Origin: Balanoglossus misakiensis
Lineage: Eukaryota; Animalia; Hemichordata
DNA length: 64,000 nucleotides
Assembly: GCA_040954595.2 (NCBI GenBank)
Contig: CM082587.2
Span: 2,385,000-2,448,999 of the forward strand
Direction of reading: 5' to 3'
The notes under the pieces are model-generated. The model worked only from the letters and a program-made list of their open reading frames with translations, did not search any database and had not been told where the DNA came from. A program made the translations under genes and the position numbers. Positions 1 to 14,965 of the stretch are shown here, in pieces. The number at the start of each line of letters is the position of its first letter. The first letter of the stretch is position 1.

Positions 1-1076
1 TCACCTGTGCCATTTGTAAACTAATCTCTTTTGTCAAAATTTGCATCAGTCCAGCAGTAAACTCATTTTAATTAGATAAAACCCCACAAAACCCCACGCA
101 ACATGTCAGTAAGACCAAACCTACGGCAAAAATATTACATTTTCATAATATTGGCAGTTTGGGTTTGGAACAGGATAAGACAGTTTTAATTTGATCCCTA
201 TGAGCTGCAGCTTTTTGTATTACCGTCATAGTTTTACGTTCAAACTTTGATAGATTTAAATAAGCTTACTGCATGATGGGTAAACGCAAACGTATTATCA
301 ACCTCCGATCATTGATTGTGACTGTACGTTTATATGTGAACACGTTATAATAAAAAAAGGGTGTTACACTCATTTATTGAGCCTAAGCTGTTGCAAGAGT
401 ATATCACAGCTATGCCTTTACTTTGCATGGACAAAGTCAGATGCGTTCCAAAGTAAAAGAAAAGCATTTTTAGCTCTTGCACGCGTGTATGTGAAGATTT
501 GCAACAGAGTGAAGAATCTGACTGTCTCTCACGAAATCTCTCGCCTGAGATCTAAACTTGCAGTTGCCAAGCAGGAGGCTTGGACACAACAAGGATTTAT
601 TGCCACACTCTTCTGCTCTGCCTGTGAAAATATTTTGTCCAAGTTAATATTAACACAGCAACCGTCTCTATCAATCAATGCAAAACGATGCATGAAACTA
701 AAAACATCACAGGTTCAAATAATGGATTTTTTTTTCTTCAAAAAAGTTGACTGCAAAAGGTGTCACTGTTTTCTGACAATTCAAATCAATATTTGTGTTC
801 AAAAAGTCAGTCACTAAGTGGTGGTACGTCACAAACACTATGCGAGAACACTGTGACTGGTAGCTATCACTTTTATTAAAAAACCCAGCAATACACAGGA
901 TTTGACTTAATCTGACTTAGAAGATCAGATAGCATACTACAACAGAATGCAAAGGTTATTTAACACACAGCTTGGGGAAAAATTGGTTGAATTTTAGAGC
1001 TTACCAGTTTACGTGTCAAGTCATATACAGTATCCCTCCCCTCAAATGGTATGGTTCTATGCCTCAAGGACATTTA

Positions 1077-1101
1077 CCCCTCCCCTCCCCTCCCCTCCCC
1101 C
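1077..1101. repeat. (CCCCT)n pentamer repeat
   Basis: Five C4-5 tracts separated by single T. Confidence 0.9.
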
Positions 1102-2629
1102 ATCTATTCTGACAATGCATCCTTGTCTTGTCCTGACAAGCTACTAACTGGAAATTTAACAGACCAGGTACACAAATTCGAACATGAAACTTTGGTTGTA
1201 TACATCAGAGTTTCAACTCAATATGGGAATACACAAAAAAAGATTTGACTGGAAATTTAATGGTATAACATGGAAGCCATAGAACTGTTTTGATATCATG
1301 TATACTCCCAGCACACTTTGCATCATATACTTTACCATGCCTAGGTAAACATCCGTGTTTACATTTCAATTAGTCTTGTGTAAACTTTAACTTTAGAAAT
1401 CACTTGGTGCCAGGCTTTATAGGCACAGCTTTCATTTTCACCGATTGGTTTTCTAGTTTTATATGGGGTGAGGTTCTGTACTGTCAGTTTTTTTTAATCC
1501 TTTCTCTCGAAGTGGTGCAATTTTGTTTTCCTTGACTGTAAGTGACAATTTCTTTGTGGTTTGTCAGAAAACTAAATCCACATTTATCTAATGCCAAGAT
1601 ATGGATTGTAAAGAAAAACTGTAAGAGTCAAAAACCTCAGTCATAGTGACGTACTGATAACACTGTTGATTCACACTGATATTCTGGTTTGGTTACTGAC
1701 ATTAGCACTGGCTCAGATCAATCAAAATAAACATTTCTGTGGCAACATATCACATCACTTAGAATCTTCACCATCAATTTTCAGATTACAGCCGATGATG
1801 TTTCAGGGAATTGTTGGAAGCGTTTTAACTCTGATCGGGAAATAATGGAAGGCTTCAGGATCTATCGCGAAATGTCTTGCCAGCTAGCTCGTGATAATTC
1901 TTCTTCCCCTGGATACAAAGCGAATGTAAAAGTTCATCTTTTATGATGGAAAACAACCTCCATGCATAAATCATTTTTTTCAATATACTGACAACAGCAA
2001 TTTGTGAATCCGAAAAAGAATATGCTAATTTGCCAACCGGACTTGATAAAATTTGATGAGAATTCTGATATGCCATGGAGACTATTTCCTGTGTTTCCAT
2101 GACAACGTCCATATCATGTCAGACAATTATTTTGCTCTTACTTTTAATATGATTAGTGTCAACACATGGCTTGTGCCGGGAAAAAATCATAAAAAAACGG
2201 AATGTTTGCCAAAAAGTATTCCAGATCCCTCTTATATTACACTGTACCTTGTTAAGTTAATATGTGTCTTGTTGGCATGGATACAAATTCAACACTCTCC
2301 GGGAAATAATGGTGCCCACCATTATGGTTGACATAACAACTTCTCTAAAATCTAAGTTTGGAACACTGCTTACATTTTGTTAGGGTAACATGAAAGTTGT
2401 TGGTCTTGTGTTCACGCTACTTTTATTCTTATGAGTAATATACCTCAATGTCATGCTTTTAATCCAATTTTAATTATGTTTTTTTTTATTGAAACCAGTG
2501 CCAGGCCCTGTCATGATCTTGACTTATCTTGAACGATTAACCTATTGGCCTGGTTTTTTTTGATAGCGTTCTGATAACTGCAATAAATTTCAACACTTTC
2601 AATTTTTCCTCCAAGCTGTTGCTGGCTAT

Positions 2630-2726
2630 TTCACCCTTTGATCACCATGGTTTCACCCAAATCCATTGTTTTCGATGGTAAAGTTGGACCTCAAAAGAGC
2701 TAGGGAACTGGGTATGAAAGGGTTAA
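2630..2726. mobile_element. About 97-bp MITE with piggyBac-like ends
   Basis: TTcA|CCCTTT ... AAAGGG|TTAA: terminal inverted repeat plus TTAA-like target site. Confidence 0.5.
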
Positions 2727-5700
2727 AGGGCCATTATCTGTAACTTCTGTGATTTTTCAAAGTATTTCTGATCTGTTTAACAACTACAGTTTCATGTTCC
2801 CTGTGAGGGTCGACAGTGTTCGACAACACAACACGATCTCCAACATGGCAGAGAGTGGAAAGAGCATGCAGTAAAACTTTACAGCGACAATAATTTTTGT
2901 CACAAACCATTGGCGGCACGGAAGGGATAGTGACAGTTATTGCCGGTGCACAGAGAAGCCCGCGCTCCACAATTTGCAGAGCATGATCATACCGCATTCT
3001 CCTTTCAGCTGTAATAAGTCATGATAAATTCATGTCCAACAGACCTAAAATGAATCGTTTTACAGCCAGATTGAATCTTTCATTTTCCTTCGTCTAACTA
3101 ATAGCCTTCTAAATTTGCCAACCCTAGCTGTATCTGCCTAAGGGTACTGCTTCCATTTCCCGTACCTTTAAGTCTCTGCATCGTTCAGTCATTCTGCTTT
3201 CAAGTTCTGACAACCCGGAGTTTGTTCTGTTTGTCGCACAGAGCAAGGTGTCAATTCTAACACCATAAATGGAAAAATGCGACAATCTGAGATGGTCCCT
3301 GAGAAAATCTCCTGTCAAATTTAATACAAACAGGAAAAATTATCATCATTCTTTTAAGTAAACTTTGTCAAATTCTGTCAGCATGCAGCCTGTTCATTGG
3401 TGACCTCTTCTGCAGAGGCAAACCAGCTGTATCAATATTTAAATGTTCTGTGAAATGTCCATGGCTGTTAAGGATCTTGATTTGTGATTTTGATGCAAAA
3501 AAAATAACCATTTATGAATACATTTGCATTAATTATCAATTTCTGTCAGTGCAAAGTAACGTGAAAGCCCGCAATAGCTTCCTGGTACACAAAATCAATA
3601 ATACGAACTGAAGGCATAAAAAAACCCTATGCATATATTTTTTTCTGGTTCATGAGAACTCGTGCCAAATAAAATTTTGTTGAATCAAGTTCCATCAGCA
3701 CTCGTGTTAGGAGTTGACCTTTGACATCACATAGACCTGCTGAATCAACACTGTATACAAGAATCATAGTTCTTTTATCCCAAATGTATTCCAGTAGGAA
3801 TATGTTACAATTTGAAGGAAAAGCCCAGATTCATCTGATCCATCTTTTGCCATTGCAACTTAGTCTTCCATAATCAAATGTAAACTGTTAAAGTCTCCCC
3901 CAAGGATTTAGATACAATAAATATGGTACCACACAGAGAAGTCTTGACCACTACAAGAATAAAACTATATGCAAGGTTTCCTGACAAATGTTTTATCTCT
4001 AACACGAAGAAGTGGGATGTTAAAAAACAAGTTTAATGTTTTGTTGATGGCCTGGGCTCAGGGGAGGCTAGATGGCCCCCAGGGATCTCATCTGCATGGA
4101 CGGACACAAGCTACCTTGAATGTTACTCCTTTTGAAGTTGGCCACCAAAGGTCACTGGTGACCGTGGAAACGAATTAGGTTAATGCAATTTTTAGTGGGC
4201 ATGACAAAACTTAAAATAAAGGCAGAATAGGATTATCAGTGTGTTTCGCAAAATCGGTTGGGGCACTTTATATTTTCTTTTGTCGGGGGGAACTGGTTTG
4301 CAGGTGGAGCTTACTTAAAAGTTAGCCTCAGGCGAAGAATTTTCCCATATCGACATCGCCGGTCGCTGCTACAGCTCGTCCATTTCCTCTGTGGCTCATA
4401 AAACTTTTGTACTTTAAGGCCCTGTGTTGGTTTATCTTCTATTGAATATTAAACGGCTAACATATGTTTCAACAGATTGTATTGTTCAAACGATGATCAG
4501 GCCCCTTCCCCCTGAGGGCAATCGAAGTACGGTGTCTTGGGACAATTACCAGACATGTCCCGTTTCGCTCAGACAACAATTATGCCGTGACATTTTTTCT
4601 CCTCAAGCAAACATAAATCCGTTCTTTTTTTCCTGCATAATGTGGAAAAGACAAGCTAACGTCTATTCAGGATCATGTGAAGCTTTCCGTCCTTTTGTAC
4701 TAAAATTGGATCCAGTGAAAATACATATTTACTGACGTGTGAAACTTTGGGTATATTTACATAAAAAGGAAAATTCCAAAAACATACATTTTTCAGCTTT
4801 GTTATATTATTTGATGCAATATAATAATTTATTTCAAATCAACTACCCCAAGTATCAGGTAACTTTCACCAAATTTCAAATTTTCAACCACTGCTGGAGA
4901 TCTCACTCACAATGGCATTTTTTTCCAAGCAGAGAGTCATTCCTATGACAACAAATAAGTCAAAACCTCTGACTCAGAAATCTCAGCTGAGATTATAGAC
5001 AGAAACTGTCAGAAATGTGACATTTTGAAACCTTTAAAACAGTAGAGTGTTTGTATAGGTGTACAGCTCTCAGCATTAAAACCTTTTTGCCTTTGTGCCG
5101 TATTTGTTCACCGTGTCAATCCAGAAGCCGGTTCCGGAACACAATCAAGATTTGGGAGTGCACGATACGAGGCAATTGTCACTGCCGGCTTTGTGTTTGC
5201 CGGCCTTTGATTGCTCGTAACGCCCGGACCCAGGTGGAAAAGGTTTCCTTCTGTTGGTTTTGCAGGGAATCTCCTGGATGGAACAGTCTTGAGAAACAAA
5301 ACTGCCAAGGACACGGAAGCACAGGCCATCAACAGGACTGAAAAGGCAGTGATGTTTGAATTAAGCAGTCGTTTCAAATGATTTTCTCATTAAAATTCTG
5401 ACCCATGCTTGCCAATTTGTACATATTGTCTCAGAAGGACGACTGTATATTTTGGGGAATAAGTCATATTTTGACAGTGATAAACACAGCAAGACGCTTC
5501 CAATATCACGTAGTGTTGGGTGACAATAAAAATCAGAAAAGAATTGTCAAAACTGTCTTGAGCATTGAGATTTATGTATTTAAATCCTAAATTACAAATT
5601 TACACATTCACACTATATTTCTTGTGTGAAAGAATGTGAGACCAAAACAGTTTTTATTAGTCAAATGTATGTGGTGATTTTATGTAGAGAATGTATGGGA

Positions 5701-8700
5701 ACAAAAAATGAGCAGAATGTTATGATATAGAATTTTCTTGAGTATGCAAATACTATAGCAAACTGAAGATAGGAATTTAGCAGCAAAACAACATTTCATT
5801 GGTTCAAAGGTACCCAGGGATTTAATAGTTCACATGACGGACAACCAATAAGATTGCAGCTAATGGAACACTTGCTGGCACGCTGCAATCCAATTTGTCA
5901 AATATGTCCTGGTGTGTGTTAAAGTACAAAGAACAGTTCAGTAACTTTTGTGGAACTTCTCAACATCCCCCGAAACCAAAGTGATTAAAAAATAGAGCAG
6001 TTTTTTTTTAACATTGGGCTGAAAAAAATCATCAATACGTTATGATTAGCAAGTGACTAAGAGGAAATAAACCACAACCTGAGAAAGAAATCCCTCAATT
6101 GCTAATAAAGGCAATCGAGGGCCATGAGAAATCCCAACCACACCATCAAGCGACAATCACGAAATAAATGAAAGAATTACGGTGAAATCTGGGTTTGTCA
6201 TTTTTCTCAATTATGATTATATTTGAATCTGATGCGATTCACAGAATAATATCAGTCACTTGATTAGCGGCGATGACAGCAGAGGAAACCCACTGCCTCA
6301 GTGAATTATTAAAATTTTATTATGGCATTGTACTGTGGCCTTTTTACTAATTATGGAAACAGCAGTTTTTTTGCAAATTATGGGATACATCAAGTGACAC
6401 ACTGGGACTGAAGTAAAATTTATGGCGGAACTGAAACCGTCCACACTTTTCCTCGCAAAGGATTCCGCGGTGCTATCGATTGTCCTTAATTTGTACCTGT
6501 TATTTGCATATTATTCTTCCCAGTATCGCCATGGCAATGCTAGATTTATTGCTTTCCCGTGTTTTGGTTTATTGTCCGCAGATTTCGCAGAGAACCACAA
6601 AACTTGGGAATGTCTTGTGAGCAATCAATAACAGGTAATGTGATATGGTATGTAAATTCACCCCCCCCCCTACCCAAAAGAAAAAAAATTCAAATCCAAT
6701 ATCACTTTATGGGCTGTAAATGTTCTGTTGTGATGAGTCAAAGAGTCTTGCGTTCAAATGGCGAAAACTAACAAAATGAGAGCTATGTACATGCCAGTAC
6801 CTTGCACAAATGGTCAGGTTATAACCAAATGTGCAAAAATGGAAATATATTGAAAATTCAAAACACAACATCAATATATAGATGCTTGGTTGCATCCTGA
6901 ATCCCACGTCACATTCTGACTTGATATTTTGAAGTCACCCTATTTGACCTTTGACTTCGACCTCCAACACACAAACAGGAGCCCCACCAGAACGAACAAG
7001 ACGGTGGGAGGTTCAAAGACCTACATGGACAAGTGTTGTTTTAACCAATGCTGACTCGAATAGCAGAATAAATGATGCATGAACACCAAAAGGCCACTGT
7101 ACCTGTCTGTCAGTGCAAGTCAACCAGTTCAAGCACACATGCTCAACTGCTTCAGAATACATTGTTTATAAGTTGACAGTATTTTCTTGAGTTTTTCTTT
7201 TATAGGGAAAATTTGACACAAGCAAGGTATAAACCTAAAGGTGCAGCTGAGTTTATTTTGGAAATTTCACATTTTTGTGCAACTATAGCATAACTCATAT
7301 CAGACCTGAAATATATCAGTATAGCTCAGTACCAATATTTATCAATGAAGTGCATGTATATTTACAATGTATATCCCTACAGTAAACATAGTGGTTGTTT
7401 GTATTTGAATATGACACAATCAGAAATATACATATGGACTGGTTGTACAGGGAGGGCAGTATAGCTGAGTGCAATAGCGTATCAGTTGAACAGTTGAGCT
7501 CACATTATTAGGTCACTGTAGCGATAGCAGTAAACAAATCCCAACTCTGGGGTTTATAATACTCTTGCCAGACAATTACCAGTTGGATGGGTTAATATCA
7601 GATTTCTTGCAATCCTTGTCATATTTGAATAATTTTTTTTCTGTCTTTGAGACTGAGACGAAGCGAGGTATCGCTTACACCTGGTGAACTGGACTTCTTA
7701 AAATGTTTTGGATAGTCTGTAAATTGCGACGATTGCTGCGACTGAACGGTCGGAATCCGTAACATGTGTTGCAATCACAGGCACTCCATCAATCTTCATG
7801 CTGCTTTTGTTTTTGTCTGTAATATTTCATAATTTGCCAACAATTATGGCACTAGTACTTGACTGGCTCCTAATGGCCAACGACGCCTAGGCTTCGCTCA
7901 CATAAATCAAAACATCTTTGGATCACATCCGAAGTTTCTTCCAGACGCTGTTCGTTTTTGTCTCAAACATGTACTACACACATGTCCATCTCCCTGGTCA
8001 AATCGTATCAGTTACAGCAGCCAGTGAAAACCTCACATATCTCTTATCAGCATATCAACTAATACTCTCCTTTTTCTAATGGTCCAGAGGAAGACCCCTT
8101 GCCAACAACCAATTTATATATTTGGCACTGTACAGTGCATGCACCCCCAACAGTGGCATGACCATTTAACTGTGTTTACATGTTTTCGTTTGTAGGGTAA
8201 ACACAGCAGTGTGTTGATAAAGCACTATCAAGTGGACCAGTGTGATGTAGAGGGAGCTTTTGGATGTCAACTGTGACATTACACTGTGTACACTGACACC
8301 AACGTGTGATCTCGCTCCATGCATGTACATGGTTAAAAAAGAAGCATCAACAGTCCCTCCATCACTTGTGATTTATCTAATGCCGTGGATGCAAAGATTT
8401 ATCGCAAGTTTCAAATTCAACTTTCTTCGTTTTCTTTCGCAATCACCTAGCAGACAGGACGCAAACACACCTTTATGTTCTATCACCCTGGTGCAAAGTC
8501 ATAATTTCAAGGCACACCCCATCTTGGCAGACAACTGGCAACCATAACAGTTTGTTTTGACACCCAACCGCGACGTTGTCAATCCATTTTTAAAAGCAGG
8601 GCCAGTCACACCCTTAATATGAGCATCTTGAAGTTTACACTCCATGCCCCAAAAGTTAACATTTGCACAGAGGACTCAATCACCGTCGGATCAAACAGGC

Positions 8701-11700
8701 CTACATGTTGCAGGATTGTCTCGTAAATTCCTCAAAAGATGGGACCAAAATGTCAAACTTTCAAGAGCATATTCCGCGCACTAAGACCAGATAACTTTAA
8801 ATTCTGTAACCTCTCAGAGAATTTCCCAATGGAAATTTCTGTGAAACAGTCTGTTTAGTTCTGATACAGGCAATACTAAACTATTTAGTTCTAACTTGTC
8901 ACAGATGTCAGCTTTTTTATAGGAAGCAATCTAGTTTCACTCGGCGAATACTCTGCAATAGTTTATTTAAAGTTCTTCCATATTAAACCAACACCAAGAC
9001 TTAGCATTTATGAAACGTTAATGGCGGTCATAAACTTATGTGGGTGGCTCATGAGAATTGGGTGTTTAATGATGGGTGGTGCAGGCTCCTCATAAACCTG
9101 GGATCACGACCAGCAATATCACTAAACAGATGTTTAATGAAAACTAATGATTTCTACTAAAGATTTTGTCAGCACATTCAACACCATAAAATTGCATCGA
9201 AAACTGAAACAAATGAGTATATTTAGTCACGAAAACAATTCTGCTGATGCAGTAGAAAACAATCGAACTATCTATTGGGTGATTCCATATGTTAGATGGC
9301 AACAAATAAGACTTTCATCTGTACGTTGCTCTCTCCTGGCCTTTTGGGGGTTTGCTGATTGCTGTTTTCTGCCGTTTTCTTTTTACTCTCCGTCAAACAC
9401 ACAATTTGAGAAGCCTCCTCAGTTGTAGAGGTACTTGACTTGTCTACAGTTGACAGATTTAATAGTCTGTCATGATTCCAGCTCAGCCTCATTATACGTT
9501 CATGTCTTTACAAGAGAAGTCAAGCCTTTTCGGTGAATCCGGAAAGCAACGAGAATTGCCCTCTCTGATCTTTTAATATCCCCAGAGTTAATAACGTTTG
9601 CTGGGCATACTGTCACTTTCAGAATCGGCCCCGGCTGCACATCTTAGGAAGAAGAAAAAAGGAAGACCGCCTCTCAGTGTAAAACTAGGATAAAATGAAA
9701 TTCCTACTCCTGCTTATGAAGTAGACAACAAATTAATATCCTGTGGTAACGAAAGAGACTGAGGCTGTCTTAATGTCGCAGTAGGGGGAAGAAAAAAAAA
9801 GAACTATTGTTGGAGTGTGTTTGATTTCAAAGTAAGACATATCACAGCGTAGTTAGCGCTAACTTGTTATTAATATGAGACAAGCCTCGGGAGGTTCGAA
9901 ACCGGCGAAGAAACGACTCAAAACTGTTCTGCATAGTGGTTGCCAACCTTTATCCATGGAAACACAACACACATTTTTTTTAATTAAAAAAAGTGAGAAT
10001 TTCATTAATGTCATCTTTTGGGTTGCCAGAGCTGGTCTGATGCTTGAAGCCTGTTGCTATGGCACCTAAAGGTTGAATTTTTCTACAAGCTTACAGCAAA
10101 CACAGTTTATGGATTTTTTAGCATAACAGGTTGGAAAAGCTTATTAAAAAATCTACGTTCATGATTTTTTCTCTCTCAGTTACTCTCCACCCCCTAGAGA
10201 ATGCCCCCTCAGTAATCGTGCCGGGGTATTTTTTGTGTTTGACCTTACGTACACTAAGAGGGAAATTTACATTCATGTGATGATGTCATTCCCACGTAGG
10301 TATGGTCAACTTCTAATGTGTATTTTCTAAAGGATCCAGAGCGGGCAGGCTCCTAGCTTCCTTCACTTCTGATGTCGGTTCCATAAAAGAGGATGCTCGG
10401 TGTGGTAGATTTCTTTTCACGGAGCTCAATCTCATGGCGATTGTTTAATTAAATAGCTCATTTTGGCATGGGCTGTTTTCACAAGTCACGGCGGGAGGTC
10501 CAGGCAGACTGCTGCTCAGATCCCAATAGTTTATTAAAATTTCATAAACCTATAATGCACACACACATATATATGCACACATGACAAGGTCTGAATGTGG
10601 TGTTTTTTGCTGAAACTCGGGACTGTTCTGGGTTTTGTAGAAATTCAGGGGAAATTGTATGTCACTTTTTCCGGGGGGAGAACTGGCAGGCACCCGACTG
10701 AATAGACAAAGATGTAGCTCAGCTATAGCCTCAAAGAAATAAAACTTTTAGGTGTTTTCAAAGAAATGTTGCATATTCTGAATCACATCTAGTCCACTAT
10801 GTGATTTAATGTTTTATAACAAAATTTACATCAAAATTAAATTATTAATGGAAAAATGTTTGTTCTCTGGGTTTTTTTAAAGATTGGTACTCAGAAAAAG
10901 AAAACATGTATTTCATTGTGTGAAAACTTAGCAATCAAGTTAAAGATATCCATTACTGCTTTTAAAAGAGATCTTTTTGGAATAGGGCAAATAAAAACAT
11001 ACTTATTTGCATCTTTTCATCTATAGTTCCACCTAATTAATTCAATTGTTATTTTAAAGCTTTCCCTACCTACTGGGCTATAATTTTTAAATTATTTACA
11101 ATCCACAGTAAATATTATTTTGTGTTGTTTACTGTCAAACAGTTAACCGAAAACAAACAGAAGCATATTGAACATTTCAGTAAGGGTAATTGTTTAAATA
11201 CACCAATCACAAAGTCACTTATACACAGACTGTTAATAGCGACCAATTTGTGCAAATTCAGACATTGTCACAGTAATTAATTAATACCAAATCACAAATT
11301 TTGACCAGATAATGTTTGAAACATATTTTTTTTGTTCCTTTGTTGTAGAGAAGGCATGCCTTGTAGTTTATTTTGCTTCTGCTGGTTGAATACAGAGAGT
11401 TTAATTATTGCATGCAAATCAACCAATAGTGTGATTTCACACTTGAGTGGGTGTTTTTTTTGCCTTGCTAATTGGGAAAAGATACAAAGTGTTCACATTG
11501 GTGAGGTAGGAGGGTGGGAGGGAGGGGAGACCGTGCTTTAAAGTGTATAATTCGTCACGGCATGCCCCAAAATGAACAACAAAAATGCTTTAGTCTACCA
11601 ATCAGCAAAGCTATTTTTTTCCGAGAAAGCGAAGAAAAAAAATTGATTTCCAAGCCAGACCAGAAAATCAGATATCTGTGGATGGATGCATTGTTTATCG

Positions 11701-14700
11701 CTAAGCAGATACAAAAAAGCAAAACGGCTGCGCTGAGATGAACCTGGCAAGACCTCGCGTTGGATAGTTCTTTTCTGTAGGGTATGGATATAATAAGATT
11801 GTCTATGCTTGTCTAAATCTTATCCCAGCAGTTCTGCCGGCCATTGTTGGAGCCAATTGTCCAAACTCTGGCTATTATTCTTGATGTGACTGCCCTCATT
11901 TGCATCACAATAGGATTAAGACACATTGAAATTGACACAATGGCAGCCAATGAATGGACGCTTTTGCTTTCATTGCAACCCCATCCCATCACAAATTCAC
12001 ACAACGCAGAACGGTTTTTCTTTCTCTCTCTCTTTTTTTTTTGAAACAGTGCTGTAAAGCTACCGATCACAAGTCTAAACAAGTAAACTACCCCACACAC
12101 ACAGTGTGCAATCCACGACAAAATATTCACAACAAACGGGAAGGGAGAAGGTATCACAAAAAAAAGATTTCAGTGGGACATACATCGGCGCCAAATCCCT
12201 TGCCATTTTTAGAATTAACAGCAGAGAACTTCTGAAGTTTTTTTTCCATGACAAAGAAAAACAGCAAGCTTGGAAACCTGCGTACTTTTTTCAGTTAAAT
12301 ATACACTATCAGATCTAATCGATACAGTAACAATAACAGAGAAGGACTGATTTTAACTTCACTGATAAGGGAGGGAAAGAGATACATTTTTGAGATACCA
12401 CTGCCCAGTTAGTGATCTTTTTCTAATAGTCCATGACAGTTTCTTTCAATTGGTGATGTGTAATTTCTCACGTTTTCTAACAAACAATAAAGAGAATTTT
12501 ACTGGATGTGTTTCCTTCTTTCCAGGACAGGTTAATAAACATTTTATCTTGCAAATAACATTATTTTGCTTGGAAATATTGTACCTGTAACCAAGGGGAT
12601 GTCTGATGGCAATTCTCACCTACATCCATGAATGACTCTAGGCCGTATAAAATGAACCTACAGTGCACAAATCACCACCATGGAATTGTTCATTCCAAGG
12701 TAAATATTTAATCCTGCCTATTCTTTCACACTCTGAACAATTATCTTTGTTGATTCCAGATTCACGCTAACGAGATTTTCTCCTTTTCAAAAAATCTTTT
12801 GAAACATTTATGACCAATCGTGACCTTACTTGTTTGTTTCTAGCAGAGCTAACAACTGGCTGTGAACTCAGGCGGCTAATGACCACCAAGTCCATTATTG
12901 GGTCCCGATGGCATCATCAAGAAATCTAGATAAAACAGCTGTTTGACCTTTGAAATAAATATGGGAAAAAATTACAGCTAATAGAGCTCTAAAATATCAA
13001 CACACAAACAAGAGAGAGACAGTGAGATACGTATACACCAAAATACACATGACAGGGAATTGCGACCCTGAAAGTGAAAATGAGTATTTTAACATCTACA
13101 AGCAAACCTGTCTCTCATTCTCTGATGTTTTTATTGTTTAAAACTATTTCTCAGCTTTTAATTCATTTATTCAAGGCTTGGCAATGAACAGTCATTGTGA
13201 TTTTCAATTAACCTCAATCAAACGAGAATACCCACAGTTAAATTATTTATTTGGTTGAAAATATTAATGGAACTCACACAGTGCTATACATTCCATGGAT
13301 TATCTCAATGCTCTTTTGAACCAGGAAAAAAAGAAGCTTTATTTAAAATTTTGAAAGAGAAGTAACATTATTGACCCCAACATTTTTTCTTCATAGATGT
13401 CCATTTAGACTCGCCCGTGTTTTTAAACAGACATCAGTGTATCGAAGCACTTTCAATCAAAATTTTCAATCAGAGGTGGAAGAAAATTCATTTTGAATAA
13501 AATTTTCATCTACATATTAGTATAAAACCAGTCCAGTAAATATGTTTCGTTGCTCATCTCACAAAATCGCAATAAAGAACACATTTTAATTTTAACTCCT
13601 TGGAAATTTAATTTTCAGTACTTCATTCAAAAACAGCACAATTTCATATTTCCATTGGTGGAAAACTAAACACACTAATTCTGGTTTTTGGACTTGAGCT
13701 TCCGGTTGCTAATGAATTCAAAATGACTGGCCGGGTGTTTTTCAGTTTCAGGAACCAAGTGAAGTGAGATACTAAAATGTACGCCACAAATTGACGTTGT
13801 TCAAAAAGCCTGACAAATAGAATTCTTCACCAATGCCGTAAAATCCAGCACAATCCGGCAGCTAGTTCATATCTGTTTGATTTTCACACCCTGGACATAA
13901 AAGATCAGGTAAAAGCAAACAGTGAACAATCGTTTGGGGAACAGCGGTGACTTCAAAGCGTTCAGCCTTGTACGCTTGCATGAATACAAATCTCACTTCT
14001 GACAGGCCAAGGAAGTCGCCTTTTACCCACAATGCACCGCAAGCATCTCTCTGACAAGCCAGCGTCCTGAAATGTCACGTTTCCCCGCTTTTAGCGTGTC
14101 CGAGATTGCAAATTAAATTTTAAAATGATTTCAAGTCGGAAGTCACGGTCAAAATTTCTCCTGGTTAAAACGGTAAAGTGGTCCGGCAGAATTCTCGGCA
14201 AGATTTGGTGCGAAAAACGTACATGCTATCCATCTGAAAAATGTCCAAATTCTTTCTGACTGCGAGTGCGAGCTCTCTGCAATGAGGCTATTCTCATGCA
14301 GACTCACATCCCTCCCTACACGGTGAAAATGAATTCAAACAAACACTAGGCACGGGATATCTGCTGAATAAAGTCCACCAGCTCTCCGTCGCCTTTGTTT
14401 TTTGATTGAAAGTAAGAAATCGGCAAGACTAATCAAAGGCAGCAAATTTGCCTGTACAAATCAGCTACCGTCAGTCTGAGGAGAGCGCTGTGCTGGGAAT
14501 TTCTTAGGCAGAGGAAACATGGAACAGAAGATGAAAGTTGAACATTAAGCTCTCAGAAACTTGTAACACTAGAATTGGCTTAGATTGACTTGACAGATCG
14601 GTTCATTTCGCTGTATGTAAAAGCAAATTAACACTTCTATATTCAGTATACCCACAATCACTTCCCAAAAGAATTCCTGTTTTAATTTATTGATAGCAAA

Positions 14701-14865
14701 CAAACAGCAGAAAAATCACAAAAAATCAGTTAATATTCTCTTCATGTTTTCAACTTTGAAACTAATGAAAAAAATTCAAACTATAATACAATCATGTAGT
14801 TACAAAAAATTGTATGTATGATATTGAGATAAAAATTAAAACTACAAGTTAAAAGAGGAAAATGT

Positions 14866-14965
14866 ACAACCCTTTACTCTGTCACTCTGTTCCTGTACAC
14901 AAACCAACGCCCATCACACCTCTCCTTGATTTAGAATCTTTTCAAGACAATGTGTAAATGGTTAA
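14866..14965. mobile_element. Degenerate about 100-bp MITE, probably the same family as 2630-2726
   Basis: AACCCTTTAC ... GTAAATGGTTAA inverted ends at the same spacing. Confidence 0.35.

Noticed and set aside
7845-7900. miR-183/96-like seed TATGGCACTAG
   Set aside because: No complementary arm to form a pre-miRNA hairpin.
9845-9907. Pol III B-box GGTTCGAAACC with a weak upstream A-box (possible tRNA)
   Set aside because: The T-stem and acceptor stem do not pair and no cloverleaf forms. At most a SINE relic.
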